Source: a virus (taxonomy: Duplodnaviria; Heunggongvirae; Uroviricota; Caudoviricetes). Taken from it: DNA of 37,513 nucleotides. The translations under genes and the position numbers were made by a program. The notes beneath the pieces were generated by a model that was not told the DNA's origin, did no database searches, and worked only from the letters and a program-made list of their open reading frames with translations. How positions within the stretch are numbered: the first letter of the stretch is position 1; every line of letters begins with the position of its first letter. The stretch is from IMG/VR virus record IMGVR_UViG_2724679239_000004; one strand, given 5' to 3'. This document shows positions 1-9,267 of this stretch, piece by piece.

Positions 1-747
1 TTATTCTTGAGAGATACATGGTTCCCCCTTGCTGAGCCACGGCCCCTGATTGACGGTGCGTTCCCCAAACAGCCACTGCTGACGATTTAGAGGAACATCC
101 CGGCGGCGTACTATTTTGCTCGCGACCAGGCCATCGTGCTCCCCTTCCCACCAGCATTCATCCTGAAGTTTCGGGAGTGAGACGTTCAGTTTGCGGAAAT
201 GATTCTGATATTGTTGGTATGCGTTACGTAAAACATCAGACACGTTACCTTCGAGCAGTAATGGCGCAAGTGGTAATGCCAGCGGATGACTTTTTCGCCC
301 CAGATAAAGCGGAAAAACCGGATGACGTAAACCTTCCTGCAACTGTTCGAGGCTGTAAGGCGCATCGGTAGTTTTTGCCACAGCAATCATCCACCAGGCA
401 TCGGTGTGGTAGTCGCGCCGGGAGATAATCGCGCTCAGAAGATCAGGGTCGCTCAACTCCTCGCGACGGCTGAAATAACGCGCTTTACGCACCTCTTTTG
501 GCATCTGGACCGTGTGATAATCCCGTGCCCAGCGCGGGTTACGGCTGGCGCAAACCACCAGTGAATAGTGGCGGTTAAACGCGTTTAATCGTTCGGTATC
601 ATCACGTCGAATTCCAACCCCGGCAGCCAGCAGCCCCAGCAATGCTGAGCGCGAAGGCAGTTCATGGGTATGACGTACTTCGCCGGGGGCATCAACGCCC
701 CATGATGCCATCGGCCCGTGAAGCTGAAAAATCAGATATTGGCTCAT
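1..747 (-). CDS. casD: Cas5e (CasD)-like subunit of type I-E Cascade; host gene
   Basis: 248-aa ORF with motifs recalled from Cas5e: N-terminal YLIxQLxGPMxSWG, RSALLGLLAAGVGIRRDDT, RDYHTV, YLGRKSHPL. SD-like AAGGGG about 9 nt upstream of the ATG at 745-747. Confidence 0.6.
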   Translation of the reverse strand: MSQYLIFQLHGPMASWGVDAPGEVRHTHELPSRSALLGLLAAGVGIRRDDTERLNAFNRHYSLVVCASRNPRWARDYHTVQMPKEVRKARYFSRREELSDPDLLSAIISRRDYHTDAWWMIAVAKTTDAPYSLEQLQEGLRHPVFPLYLGRKSHPLALPLAPLLLEGNVSDVLRNAYQQYQNHFRKLNVSLPKLQDECWWEGEHDGLVASKIVRRRDVPLNRQQWLFGERTVNQGPWLSKGEPCISQE

Positions 748-843
748 AAGCCGCCCCTTACGCGCAGATAAAGTCCAGCACGTCCTTCATGCTTCCCTGT
801 TTATTCATCACATCAAAACTTGCGCATTCGGTCTTCTGTTCGT
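748..843 (-). pseudogene. possible 3' remnant of the upstream host ORF (candidate cas7e/casC) cut by the phage left end
   Basis: The minus-strand frame is open from the phage junction (843) to a TAA 15 bp upstream of the casD start (translation ...EQKTECASFDVMNKQGSMKDVLDFICA*). Only 27 codons, so chance is not excluded. Confidence 0.3.
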
Positions 844-848
844 TGTAT

Positions 849-870
849 TGATTCACTTGAAGTACGAAAA
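849..870 (+). repeat. transposase end-binding site, L1-like (22 bp)
   Basis: TGATTCACTTGAAGTACGAAAA, 6 bp from the terminus as for Mu L1. Confidence 0.6.
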
Positions 871-953
871 AAACCGGGAGGACATTGGATTATTCGGGAT
901 TTGGCGGGATTAGATTTAGTGGGGCTTGCAAGCCTGTAGGACAGATTTTAGCC

Positions 954-975
954 GTTATATCTTGAAACGCGAAAG
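954..975 (+). repeat. transposase end-binding site, L2-like
   Basis: GTTATATCTTGAAACGCGAAAG shares the CTTGAA...CGAAA core with L1; position about 110 bp from the end as for Mu L2. Confidence 0.5.
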
Positions 976-993
976 ATTGTTGGAAACAGCTTT

Positions 994-1015
994 TGATTCA
1001 TTAAAGACACGAAAA
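994..1015 (+). repeat. transposase end-binding site, L3-like
   Basis: TGATTCATTAAAGACACGAAAA, near-copy of L1 about 150 bp from the end. Confidence 0.55.
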
Positions 1016-1182
1016 GCAATTACTTCACGCATCATTTCAAGTACAGCTTCAAAAATGCTTCAAAAACGGTAACAACCAGGCTTTCAGCAAGTGATGTGTG
1101 TCAAAAACAATCATCACTGTTTGGGTATCTTACATATGTAATTACCTGGAGTGAAGTTTATGTCTTAGCTATTACCTGGTTG

Positions 1183-1707
1183 TTATACAGCTTTCTTTAC
1201 ATCGTTTTCTCTTACAGGGAAATTATGTTCTTTGCCTTCATACTGAGACAAAATCTCTCTTACTTTTTCCGGTGGTAATGCCTGAAGAGTTTGCAGGGTT
1301 TTCTGTTGCTCCACAGTAATCCCTAATGCCTCTAATGCCTTATCTTTACTGACAATTGTAGGCATAAGTCCTTTAATCCCTGCTACACGAATGATCTCCA
1401 CAGCTGCGGCCTGCTCATCTGGTGTTAAGAAGCTCATTGCATAAATTAGCCTCTCATCAACTGTATGGGCGATTGATGTATGCACTGGTTTATCAGAAAG
1501 TGAGGCACCTTTAATGGCCCTGCGTGTTTCTTCTGGCAGACTGTTGATGTGATACTCATAAGCGACACCTTTCCCACCATGACGCTGACGTTTTACCCAA
1601 TCTTCCGCCACAGCTTTCCTGGTAATGTTAGTCGCCAACTTTGGTACACCAGGCATCCCTTCCAGCTCTTTCGCATTAAACCATTCTTTGATTTCAAAAG
1701 ACATCAT
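1183..1707 (-). CDS. c: phage repressor c (D108-type)
   Basis: 174-aa leftward ORF at the left end. Its N-terminus ([22 protein letters not shown]) is homologous to the N-terminus of the transposase ORF ([22 protein letters not shown]), as expected for Mu-family repressors. Confidence 0.85.
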   Translation of the reverse strand: MMSFEIKEWFNAKELEGMPGVPKLATNITRKAVAEDWVKRQRHGGKGVAYEYHINSLPEETRRAIKGASLSDKPVHTSIAHTVDERLIYAMSFLTPDEQAAAVEIIRVAGIKGLMPTIVSKDKALEALGITVEQQKTLQTLQALPPEKVREILSQYEGKEHNFPVRENDVKKAV

Positions 1708-1892
1708 TTAAAATCCTAATGATTTCAATAGAGACAAAATAAATTCATATAAAAATCATGCTGTTATATGAAATCATGATAAATCCTTTCAAATCCCTAT
1801 TGATTTGAAAGTGATTCCACACTACATTGCACGATATGCCGTGAGCTACTTTATAGCGTAGCTCACGGGGGAATCTGAAAGGATTACATGAA
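1708..1892. promoter_or_regulatory. c-ner intergenic operator region with divergent promoters (Pc leftward, Pe rightward)
   Basis: 185-bp AT-rich spacer between divergent c and ner, containing a 10-bp perfect inverted repeat (1786-1811) and an 11-bp inverted repeat (1839-1868). Operator and promoter identity is by analogy with Mu. Confidence 0.55.
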
Positions 1893-2114
1893 ATGCATAT
1901 GAATAAAAGAACTAACCGCCAAGATTGGCACAGAGCTGACATCGTTGCAGAGCTACGAAAACGCAATATGTCACTAGCTGAATTGGGAAGATCTAATCAT
2001 CTTTCGTCTTCAACATTAAAAAATGCTTTGGATAAGAGATATCCAAAAGCGGAGAAAATCATTGCAGATGCACTGGGAATGACACCGCAAGATATTTGGC
2101 CGTCTCGATACTAG
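1893..2114 (+). CDS. ner: Ner-like DNA-binding regulator
   Basis: 73-aa ORF with [13 protein letters not shown]...[10 protein letters not shown]...IWPSRY, the Ner/Nlp family signature; first gene of the rightward early operon. Confidence 0.85.
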
Positions 2115-2121
2115 GTGCGCT

Positions 2122-4110
2122 ATGAAAGAATGGTATACAGCAAAAGAGTTGCTCGGTTTGGCAGGTTTACCAAAGCAAGCCACTAACATTACACGTAAGG
2201 CACAAAGAGAAGGCTGGGAGTTCAGGCAGGTTGCAGGGACTAAAGGTGTATCATTTGAATTCAATATCAAATCATTCCCTGTCGCATTACGTGCTGAAAT
2301 TCTGTTGCAACAAGGGAGAATTGAAACAAGTCAGGGGTATTTTGAAATCGCCCGCCCCACGCTGGAAGCCCATGATTATGATCGTGAGGCACTGTGGAGC
2401 AAATGGGATAACGCCAGCGATTCCCAGCGCAGACTTGCTGAAAAATGGTTGCCTGCGGTTCAGACTGCAGACGAAATGCTGAACCAGGGGATTTCAACAA
2501 AAACGGCTTTTGCGACCGTTGCAGGGCATTACCAGGTCAGCGCATCTACTTTGCGGGACAAGTATTACCAGGTACAGAAGTTTGCGAAGCCTGACTGGGC
2601 GGCTGCGCTTGTTGATGGACGTGGTGCATCCCGTCGCAACGTTCATAAAAGTGAATTTGACGAGGATGCCTGGCAGTTTCTGATTGCAGATTATCTGCGA
2701 CCGGAAAAACCCGCCTTCCGCAAATGTTATGAGCGTCTGGAACTGGCAGCCCGCGAGCATGGCTGGAGTATTCCCTCCCGTGCCACGGCCTTTCGCCGGA
2801 TTCAGCAACTGGACGAGGCAATGGTTGTTGCCTGCCGTGAAGGTGAACATGCACTGATGCATCTGATACCGGCACAACAACGAACTGTGGAACACCTGGA
2901 CGCCATGCAGTGGATCAACGGCGACGGTTATCTGCATAACGTCTTTGTACGCTGGTTTAACGGTGATGTGATCCGCCCGAAAACATGGTTCTGGCAGGAT
3001 GTGAAAACCCGAAAAATTCTGGGCTGGCGCTGCGATGTGAGCGAGAACATTGATTCAATTCGCCTCTCGTTCATGGATGTTGTGACTCGCTACGGTATCC
3101 CGGAGGATTTTCACATCACCATTGATAACACCCGTGGTGCTGCGAATAAATGGCTGACGGGAGGCGCGCCCAATCGCTACCGCTTTAAGGTGAAAGAAGA
3201 CGATCCAAAGGGGTTGTTTTTACTGATGGGTGCGAAAATGCACTGGACAAGCGTTGTTGCCGGTAAAGGCTGGGGCCAGGCAAAACCTGTTGAACGTGCT
3301 TTCGGTGTTGGTGGGCTTGAGGAATACGTTGATAAGCATCCGGCACTGGCTGGCGCATATACGGGGCCAAATCCGCAGGCAAAACCTGATAACTATGGCG
3401 ACCGCGCTGTTGATGCAGAGCTGTTTCTGAAAACCCTTGCCGAAGGTGTGGCGATGTTCAATGCCAGAACAGGCCGTGAAACAGAAATGTGCGGGGGCAA
3501 ACTCTCGTTTGATGATGTTTTCGAGCGTGAATACGCCAGAACGATTGTGCGTAAGCCAACCGAAGAACAAAAACGGATGTTGTTACTGCCTGCCGAGGCG
3601 GTGAACGTTTCACGCAAAGGCGAGTTTACGCTTAAAGTTGGCGGCTCCCTTAAAGGCGCGAAAAACGTTTATTACAACATGGCATTAATGAATGCCGGCG
3701 TGAAAAAAGTTGTGGTCAGGTTTGATCCACAGCAGCTACACAGCACGGTTTATTGCTACACCCTGGACGGTCGGTTTATCTGTGAAGCGGAATGTCTGGC
3801 ACCAGTTGCATTTAATGATGCTGCGGCAGGCCGTGAGTATCGTCGACGCCAGAAACAACTGAAATCTGCAACTAAAGCAGCCATTAAGGCGCAGAAACAA
3901 ATGGACGCGCTGGAAGTTGCTGAACTGCTGCCGCAGATAGCCGAACCAGCAGCACCAGAATCAAGGGTTGTTGGTATTTTCCGGCCTTCCGGTAACACGG
4001 TGCAGGTGAAATACCAGGAAACCGATGATGAATATGAAACTGATCGTGATGAATATCTGAATCACTCGCTGGATATTCTGGAACAGAACAGACGTAAAAA
4101 AGCCATTTAA
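2122..4110 (+). CDS. A: DDE transposase MuA
   Basis: 662 aa. From [21 protein letters not shown] onward it matches recalled MuA closely, including the C-terminal ...[13 protein letters not shown]; the N-terminal roughly 70 aa are divergent (D108-like). SD AGGTG precedes the ATG. Confidence 0.95.
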
Positions 4111-4147
4111 TTAACGTTTAAACAAAATTTATTACGAGGTTATTCAG

Positions 4148-5086
4148 ATGAATATTTCTGATATTCGCGCAGGACTGCGCACGCTTGTAGAAAGCGAAAA
4201 AACAACTTATGCGCAAATCGCCCGCGAATCTGGAGTTGCCGCAGGAACGTTAAGCGCGTTCGTGAATAACAAGTACAACGGCGATAATGAGCGTGTTGCG
4301 CAGACGCTGGAACGCTGGCTGGAGAACTATCACCGCGCCGCAGAACTGCCAGAACCCCCTCGATTTGTGGAAACCAGAACAGCACGTCAAATCTGGACGA
4401 GTATGCGCTTTGCCAGCCTGACTGAAAGTATTTCCGTTATCTGCGGTAATCCAGGTGTGGGAAAAACTGAAGCAGCCCGCGAATTTCGTCGCACCAATAA
4501 CAATGTCTGGATGATCACCATTACCCCATCCTGCGCCAGTGTTCTGGAATGCCTGACTGAACTGGCTTATGAACTGGGAATGAATGACGCACCGCGTCGT
4601 AAAGGGCCACTCTCCCGCGCTTTGAGACGCCGTCTCGAAGGTACACAGGGGCTGGTCATTATCGACGAAGCTGATCATCTTGGCGCAGAAGTTCTGGAAG
4701 AACTCCGCCTGTTACAGGAATCCGCCCGTATTGGTCTTGTTCTGATGGGGAATCACCGCGTTTATTCAAATATGACCGGCGGAAACAGAACGGTTGAATT
4801 TGCCCGCCTGTTTTCCCGTATTGCAAAACGGACGGCAATCAATAAAACCAAAATTGATGATGTAAAGGCCATTGCGGATGCCTGGCAAATTACCGGCGAA
4901 AACGAGCGGGAATTATTACAGCAGATTGCGCAAAAGCCAGGTGCACTTCGTATCCTGAACCACTCGCTGCGCCTTGCTGCCATGACGGCCCACGGCAAAG
5001 GTGAACGTGTTAATGAAGATTATCTGCGTCAGGCTTTCCGTGAATTAGACCTGGATGTTGATATTTCAACCCTGCTGCGTACGTAA
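4148..5086 (+). CDS. B: MuB target-DNA activator ATPase
   Basis: 312 aa, Walker A GNPGVGKT and Walker B LVIIDEAD, immediately downstream of A. Confidence 0.9.
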   Translation: MNISDIRAGLRTLVESEKTTYAQIARESGVAAGTLSAFVNNKYNGDNERVAQTLERWLENYHRAAELPEPPRFVETRTARQIWTSMRFASLTESISVICGNPGVGKTEAAREFRRTNNNVWMITITPSCASVLECLTELAYELGMNDAPRRKGPLSRALRRRLEGTQGLVIIDEADHLGAEVLEELRLLQESARIGLVLMGNHRVYSNMTGGNRTVEFARLFSRIAKRTAINKTKIDDVKAIADAWQITGENERELLQQIAQKPGALRILNHSLRLAAMTAHGKGERVNEDYLRQAFRELDLDVDISTLLRT

Positions 5087-5099
5087 GGAGAGAAAAATC

Positions 5100-5327
5100 A
5101 TGATGTCACGGAATATCAAAATGGCGACTGAAGTAAAGACCTGGTTACAGGCGCGCGGCAGCTACGTTAATGAGTCATATCTCGGTGTTGCACGCCCGAT
5201 TCTTGAAATTACCTGCCCACCACCGGAACTGGTCAGGAACGCCGTCAGAATTATGGAGCATAAATCAGGGGTTGCCCGTTCAGTATGGACGGCCCGCCTG
5301 AATGGTTGTCAGATAATCTGGAGATAG
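5100..5327 (+). CDS. small early protein, Kil-like by position and size
   Basis: 75 aa, strong SD AAGGAG 8 nt upstream of the ATG, first gene after B as for Mu kil. No sequence-level recognition. Confidence 0.4.
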   Translation: MMSRNIKMATEVKTWLQARGSYVNESYLGVARPILEITCPPPELVRNAVRIMEHKSGVARSVWTARLNGCQIIWR

Positions 5328-5334
5328 CATTTAA

Positions 5335-5547
5335 ATGATGGTGATAAATATTCACGATAGTCTGGGAATTGGTCGGTTAATTAACCTTGATAATGTCAAT
5401 GTGATGGAATCAACTGTTAACGGTGATGTTATTTTTGAATTTGTTGATGGTCGAAGGCTGGCTGTTCATGTCGGCAACCATCATCACGCAGAAAATGTGT
5501 TTTGTGAACTTAACGAAATCACAAATGCAACGCCCGTTAATCAATAA
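5335..5547 (+). CDS. hypothetical early-region protein
   Basis: 70-aa ORF in the rightward early operon; coding potential only. Confidence 0.35.
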   Translation: MMVINIHDSLGIGRLINLDNVNVMESTVNGDVIFEFVDGRRLAVHVGNHHHAENVFCELNEITNATPVNQ

Positions 5548-5554
5548 GCAGGAA

Positions 5555-5830
5555 ATGAAAATGGCAAAAGTAATCTTTGAATTTAACAATACAGAAAATA
5601 TTGAGTTTCAGGAAAATGGAGGTTTTGCCGTAAATATGAATGTGCGACTGGAAGAATCCTCACCTGAGGACCAGACCGGTCCACATGATGTAATGGCAGG
5701 CATCATCAAGAGCATGGCTCCTGAAATCATTAAAAAAGCGACCGAGGAGTTGTTGAAATCAGCCAGGGAGCTTGGGCTGGAAGCTGAGGGGGAACTATTC
5801 AGCTATAACCCAAATGCAGCCAGACATTAA
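5555..5830 (+). CDS. hypothetical early-region protein
   Basis: In-frame ATG at 5555 within the 5423 ORF, preceded by CAGGAA; 91 aa, acidic. Confidence 0.4.
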   Translation: MKMAKVIFEFNNTENIEFQENGGFAVNMNVRLEESSPEDQTGPHDVMAGIIKSMAPEIIKKATEELLKSARELGLEAEGELFSYNPNAARH

Positions 5831-5850
5831 TTCACAAAGGAACGCTGACA

Positions 5851-6270
5851 ATGAACGTCAAAATCCGAAATGAAATTCAGGCATTAATCCGAATTCAGGA
5901 ACGCAATAACAACGGTGGTGAATTACGCGAGTTTATTTGCGCCCGGAAAGTTGATGGTTGTGATGAAAAAACTTACCTGATTGCTTTCGACCATTACAGC
6001 ATCTGTGCGCGTTATTGCGGCGAAAGTATATCCCGCGCCATTGCATTTGGCGGTGCGTTCAACGTGGATTTATGGGAGTACGTCATGGACCGGGAATACA
6101 TCTGCGCATCAGACCCTGAAGCCCGTGAAATGTGGCAGCGTATCTGGCGCGATTACCGGTTAATGGCAAAAGGCTGGGCGCACTGCTGTTATTCCTCGCT
6201 TGCCCTGAAAGCGGTTCAGCTATCGCTGCGGCATATTCCGGCATCGCAGCGTGAGCCTCTGCTGTACTGA
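5851..6270 (+). CDS. hypothetical early-region protein (Cys-rich)
   Basis: 139-aa ORF with SD AAAGGAA upstream; stop overlaps the next start. Confidence 0.45.
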   Translation: MNVKIRNEIQALIRIQERNNNGGELREFICARKVDGCDEKTYLIAFDHYSICARYCGESISRAIAFGGAFNVDLWEYVMDREYICASDPEAREMWQRIWRDYRLMAKGWAHCCYSSLALKAVQLSLRHIPASQREPLLY

Positions 6271-6570
6271 ATGGTGGCTGACATGAAGTGTCATCGTAAA
6301 CGCTGGTCACGCGAAGACCGGGAATTTATCGAAGCCAACGTCGGGAAAATGACCGTTGAAGAAATGGCGGAAAAACTGAAAGTCGCCACAACCGCCCTCC
6401 GGGCACATGCCAGAAGGCACGGAATATCATTGTGTGTATACCGAATCAGTGAACACGACAAATATTTATGCCGTGAACTTTATAAAGAAGGGCTGGATAT
6501 TCATGTCATTGCCCGAAAGATGGAATTAAGCAATCGAGCTGTATCCAGCATTGTATACAGCGGATATTAA
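6271..6570 (+). CDS. hypothetical early protein with two HTH-like segments
   Basis: 99 aa; MTVEEMAEKLKVATTALRAHARRHG and DIHVIARKMELSNRAVSSIVY look like helix-turn-helix units. Confidence 0.45.
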   Translation: MVADMKCHRKRWSREDREFIEANVGKMTVEEMAEKLKVATTALRAHARRHGISLCVYRISEHDKYLCRELYKEGLDIHVIARKMELSNRAVSSIVYSGY

Positions 6571-6589
6571 TTAACAGGAGCTTTAATTT

Positions 6590-7114
6590 ATGGCTAAACC
6601 AGCAAAACGTATCAAAAGTGCCGCAGCGGCTTATGTGCCACAAAACCGCGATGCGGTGATTACCGATATTAAACGCATCGGGGATTTACAGCGCGAAGCA
6701 TCACGTCTGGAAACGGAAATGAATGATGCCATCGCGGAAATTACGGAGAAATTTGCGGCCCGGATTGCACCGCTTAAAACCGATATTGAAACCCTTTCAA
6801 AAGGCGTTCAGGGATGGTGTGAAGCGAACCGCGACGAACTGACGAACGGCGGCAAAGTGAAGACGGCGAATCTTGTCACCGGTGATGTATCGTGGCGGGT
6901 CCGTCCACCATCAGTAAGCATTCGTGGTATGGATGCAGTGATGGAAACGCTGGAGCGTCTTGGCCTGCAACGCTTTATTCGTACGAAGCAGGAAATCAAC
7001 AAAGAAGCAATTCTGAATGAACCAGGCGCAGTTGCCGGTGTTGCCGGAATTACGGTTAAGTCTGGAATTGAAGATTTTTCCATTATCCCGTTTGAACAGG
7101 AAGCCGGTATTTAA
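6590..7114 (+). CDS. gam: Gam host-nuclease inhibitor (Ku-like DNA end-binding protein)
   Basis: 174 aa starting MAKPAKRIKSAAAAYVPQNRDAVITDIKRIGDLQRE..., the recalled Mu Gam N-terminus; SD AGGAG upstream. Confidence 0.85.
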   Translation: MAKPAKRIKSAAAAYVPQNRDAVITDIKRIGDLQREASRLETEMNDAIAEITEKFAARIAPLKTDIETLSKGVQGWCEANRDELTNGGKVKTANLVTGDVSWRVRPPSVSIRGMDAVMETLERLGLQRFIRTKQEINKEAILNEPGAVAGVAGITVKSGIEDFSIIPFEQEAGI

Positions 7115-7154
7115 TACCAGCATTAATATTTAATTAATTAACTTTCTTTTAATT

Positions 7155-7463
7155 ATGGCGCGATGCGTCAGGGAATTGCTCGCGCCTGAATCTGAAATGG
7201 TGATATTTATGACGAATCAGGAAATGAAAGAATGCATTGTCTCTTTATGTGCATGGCATAAAGCACGCGTGGATGAATGTCGTTTTTTTATCGATAAAAA
7301 AGATGCGGATATTACCTTCGACAATGACGGTGAGAAATGTGTTATCCCTGCACATTCAAAGGAAGCAAACCTTCTGAGACTTGGGGCAAGGCTTGCCCTT
7401 TTCATATTCGAAAAATTTCCTGTAACGCTGAATGTAAAGGATGACGAAGATGACGAGGAATAA
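7155..7463 (+). CDS. hypothetical early protein with acidic C-terminus
   Basis: 102-aa ORF ending DDEDDEE; start ambiguous (7155 or ATG 7209). Confidence 0.4.
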   Translation: MARCVRELLAPESEMVIFMTNQEMKECIVSLCAWHKARVDECRFFIDKKDADITFDNDGEKCVIPAHSKEANLLRLGARLALFIFEKFPVTLNVKDDEDDEE

Positions 7464-7677
7464 GCAACAAGCACCGGAAATAACAGCGGAGATGTTGATT
7501 AAAGACAGCGCCGAATGCCTGGCATCAGTACCTGCATTGATTCAACAGGCGAATGCAAAAAATCTCCGTCGTGCAGCTTCGTTTATTCGTGCAGGCATTG
7601 CCCGCCAGATGATGATTGCGCAGATGTGTATGCGCGAAGCACAGCGTCTGGAACATATGGAGGCAAATAGTGATTAA
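7441..7677 (+). CDS. hypothetical early protein
   Basis: 78-aa ORF overlapping the previous stop; start ambiguous (7441 or 7450). Confidence 0.4.
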   Translation: MTKMTRNKQQAPEITAEMLIKDSAECLASVPALIQQANAKNLRRAASFIRAGIARQMMIAQMCMREAQRLEHMEANSD

Positions 7678-7852
7678 GTCAATTGGCTTTGTCCTGCTGG
7701 TTAGCACCTGCGGGAACGATGCCTGCGATGCCATACCTGTAACGGAAAGAATCTGGCCCACGGAGCAGATATGCAGGCAGGTGATGGAACATGTGCAAAA
7801 ACGTTATCCCAATGAGATTTTTTATTGCGAGGAAGTATTACGAAATGAATAA
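7670..7852 (+). CDS. small protein with signal-peptide-like N-terminus, possible lipoprotein
   Basis: GTG at 7670 overlaps the upstream stop; VIKSIGFVLLVSTCGN has a hydrophobic stretch followed by Cys. Confidence 0.35.
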   Translation: MIKSIGFVLLVSTCGNDACDAIPVTERIWPTEQICRQVMEHVQKRYPNEIFYCEEVLRNE

Positions 7853-8003
7853 CGTAAACGAAAAGCAGGAATGCCCGACCTGCGGTAATGAAGCCCCTGA
7901 ATATCTGAAAGAGTGTCCCCATTGTGGCGGGCAGAAATGCAATTACTGCGATATGGGCGATGACACGGCGTGCATGAATTGTGAAGGTGAACAGAATGAA
8001 TAA
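7845..8003 (+). CDS. small zinc-ribbon protein
   Basis: 52 aa from ATG 7845 with SD GAGGAAG; four CxxC pairs (CPTCG, CPHCG, CNYC, CMNC). Confidence 0.4.
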   Translation: MNNVNEKQECPTCGNEAPEYLKECPHCGGQKCNYCDMGDDTACMNCEGEQNE

Positions 8004-8307
8004 TGGCGTATTTACAAAATCAGAAGAACTTACAGCCCTGCTGATTGCCGGTGGTTTACCGGAAAACGAGGTCAACGACTTTGTGGCCTTTGTATATGCC
8101 CCGTCTTACGAACAGGCTATTGATGAGGTCATGGCGTACCGACTGGGCATTGTTGCTGAGTCACTGAGTCCTCACTGGATTATTGAAAATCTCCGCACTA
8201 TTGCTGATGGCAACGATAAAGTGGCGGCTGTCGCCGCCCTTGATGTGCTGCAACGTATGAACAGGGAACTATTCAATCCCGAGTTTCTTTTTAAGAAACG
8301 AGGTTAA
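7996..8307 (+). CDS. hypothetical early protein
   Basis: ATG 7996 preceded by AAGGTG (alternative GTG 7981); 103 aa. Confidence 0.4.
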   Translation: MNNGVFTKSEELTALLIAGGLPENEVNDFVAFVYAPSYEQAIDEVMAYRLGIVAESLSPHWIIENLRTIADGNDKVAAVAALDVLQRMNRELFNPEFLFKKRG

Positions 8308-8685
8308 CCACTGTTTGCCGACGTCTGTTACGAGCGTCATCGGGGCGTCGGCAAGCTCCTGTTTTATACGCTCAAGAATGGGTTTTTGATGTAGTGCTTT
8401 CGCAAAATCATGACCATCTTGTGTGAGTCTGACACTGGTGCCTGAATATGAATATCCGAGGCTTGTCGGGGTGAGACCAATGCTTTTTGCGGTGCCTGTT
8501 TTCAGATATCTGTTGCTGATAAAACCATTTTCAACCAGCAACAGAAGATGGAAAACCAGCTTCTGATGGCTGTCGCTGTGCCGCTGAGAACGATCCCAGC
8601 CGACATCTTCCAGTCGAATGAATGCAGTGTCGGCCTCCAGGAATACATCAAATATTCTGGCTATCTCGTCATAATCAATTTTCAT
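8269..8685 (-). CDS. leftward winged-helix-like protein (DUF2513-like) embedded in the rightward early operon
   Basis: 138-aa minus-strand ORF filling the only stretch (8308-8715) with no plus-strand ORF; SD AAGGAA 6 nt upstream of its ATG; LTQDGHDFAKAL resembles the LT.xGH.FL motif of DUF2513 winged-helix proteins. Confidence 0.5.
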   Translation of the reverse strand: MKIDYDEIARIFDVFLEADTAFIRLEDVGWDRSQRHSDSHQKLVFHLLLLVENGFISNRYLKTGTAKSIGLTPTSLGYSYSGTSVRLTQDGHDFAKALHQKPILERIKQELADAPMTLVTDVGKQWLTSFLKKKLGIE

Positions 8686-8715
8686 ATCTCATTCCTTAAT
8701 ATGAGAGGTGAGCAA

Positions 8716-9267
8716 GTGAATCGCACATCGCTTATTAAATTAATCCATGTCGCCCGTCGGGAGCTACAACTCGACGACGACACCTACCGTGCCTTTCTGA
8801 TGCAGAACACGGGCAAAATCAGTTGCCGTGAGCTGACCGTCGCGCAACTGGAGCTGGTGCTCGATGCCATGAAAGAACGCGGTTTTAAGAAGCAGAATAA
8901 ACACCCACGCCGTCGCTTTAATGGGCATGTAACGCCCCGCGAAAAGGTATTAAAAATCTGGCAGCAAATGGCAGAAGACGGTTTTATTGCCGATGGCAGT
9001 GATACAGCACTGGATAAATACGTCGAACGACTGACAGCCAGACGTAATGGCGGACAGGGTGTTTCCACGCTGGCGTGGTGTCACGGAGAATCGTTACAAA
9101 TTGTGCTTGAAACCCTGAAACAGTGGCACATCCGCTGTATCCGTGAAGCCTTTTCCCGTTATGGGCTCCCGTTGCCGGTCAGCCCGTCCGGGCGTGAACT
9201 GCGTGGCTATGATGCCATGACAGCAGCTTATGCCCGTGCAAGAAAAACACGGAGACTGGCACAATGA
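8716..9267 (+). CDS. gemA: GemA-like protein (gp16, DUF1018)
   Basis: GTG 8716 with SD GAGAGG gives 183 aa; sits immediately upstream of mor with a 4-nt overlap. Alternative ATG at 8701. Confidence 0.7.
   Translation: MNRTSLIKLIHVARRELQLDDDTYRAFLMQNTGKISCRELTVAQLELVLDAMKERGFKKQNKHPRRRFNGHVTPREKVLKIWQQMAEDGFIADGSDTALDKYVERLTARRNGGQGVSTLAWCHGESLQIVLETLKQWHIRCIREAFSRYGLPLPVSPSGRELRGYDAMTAAYARARKTRRLAQ

Noticed and set aside
1096-1278. 60-aa plus-strand ORF at the left end
   Set aside because: Overlaps the 3' end of the repressor gene and the end-binding site region; hydrophobic low-complexity translation from AT-rich DNA.
2494-2937. Minus-strand ORFs of 109-147 aa inside gene A
   Set aside because: Antisense to the transposase gene, whose identity is not in doubt.
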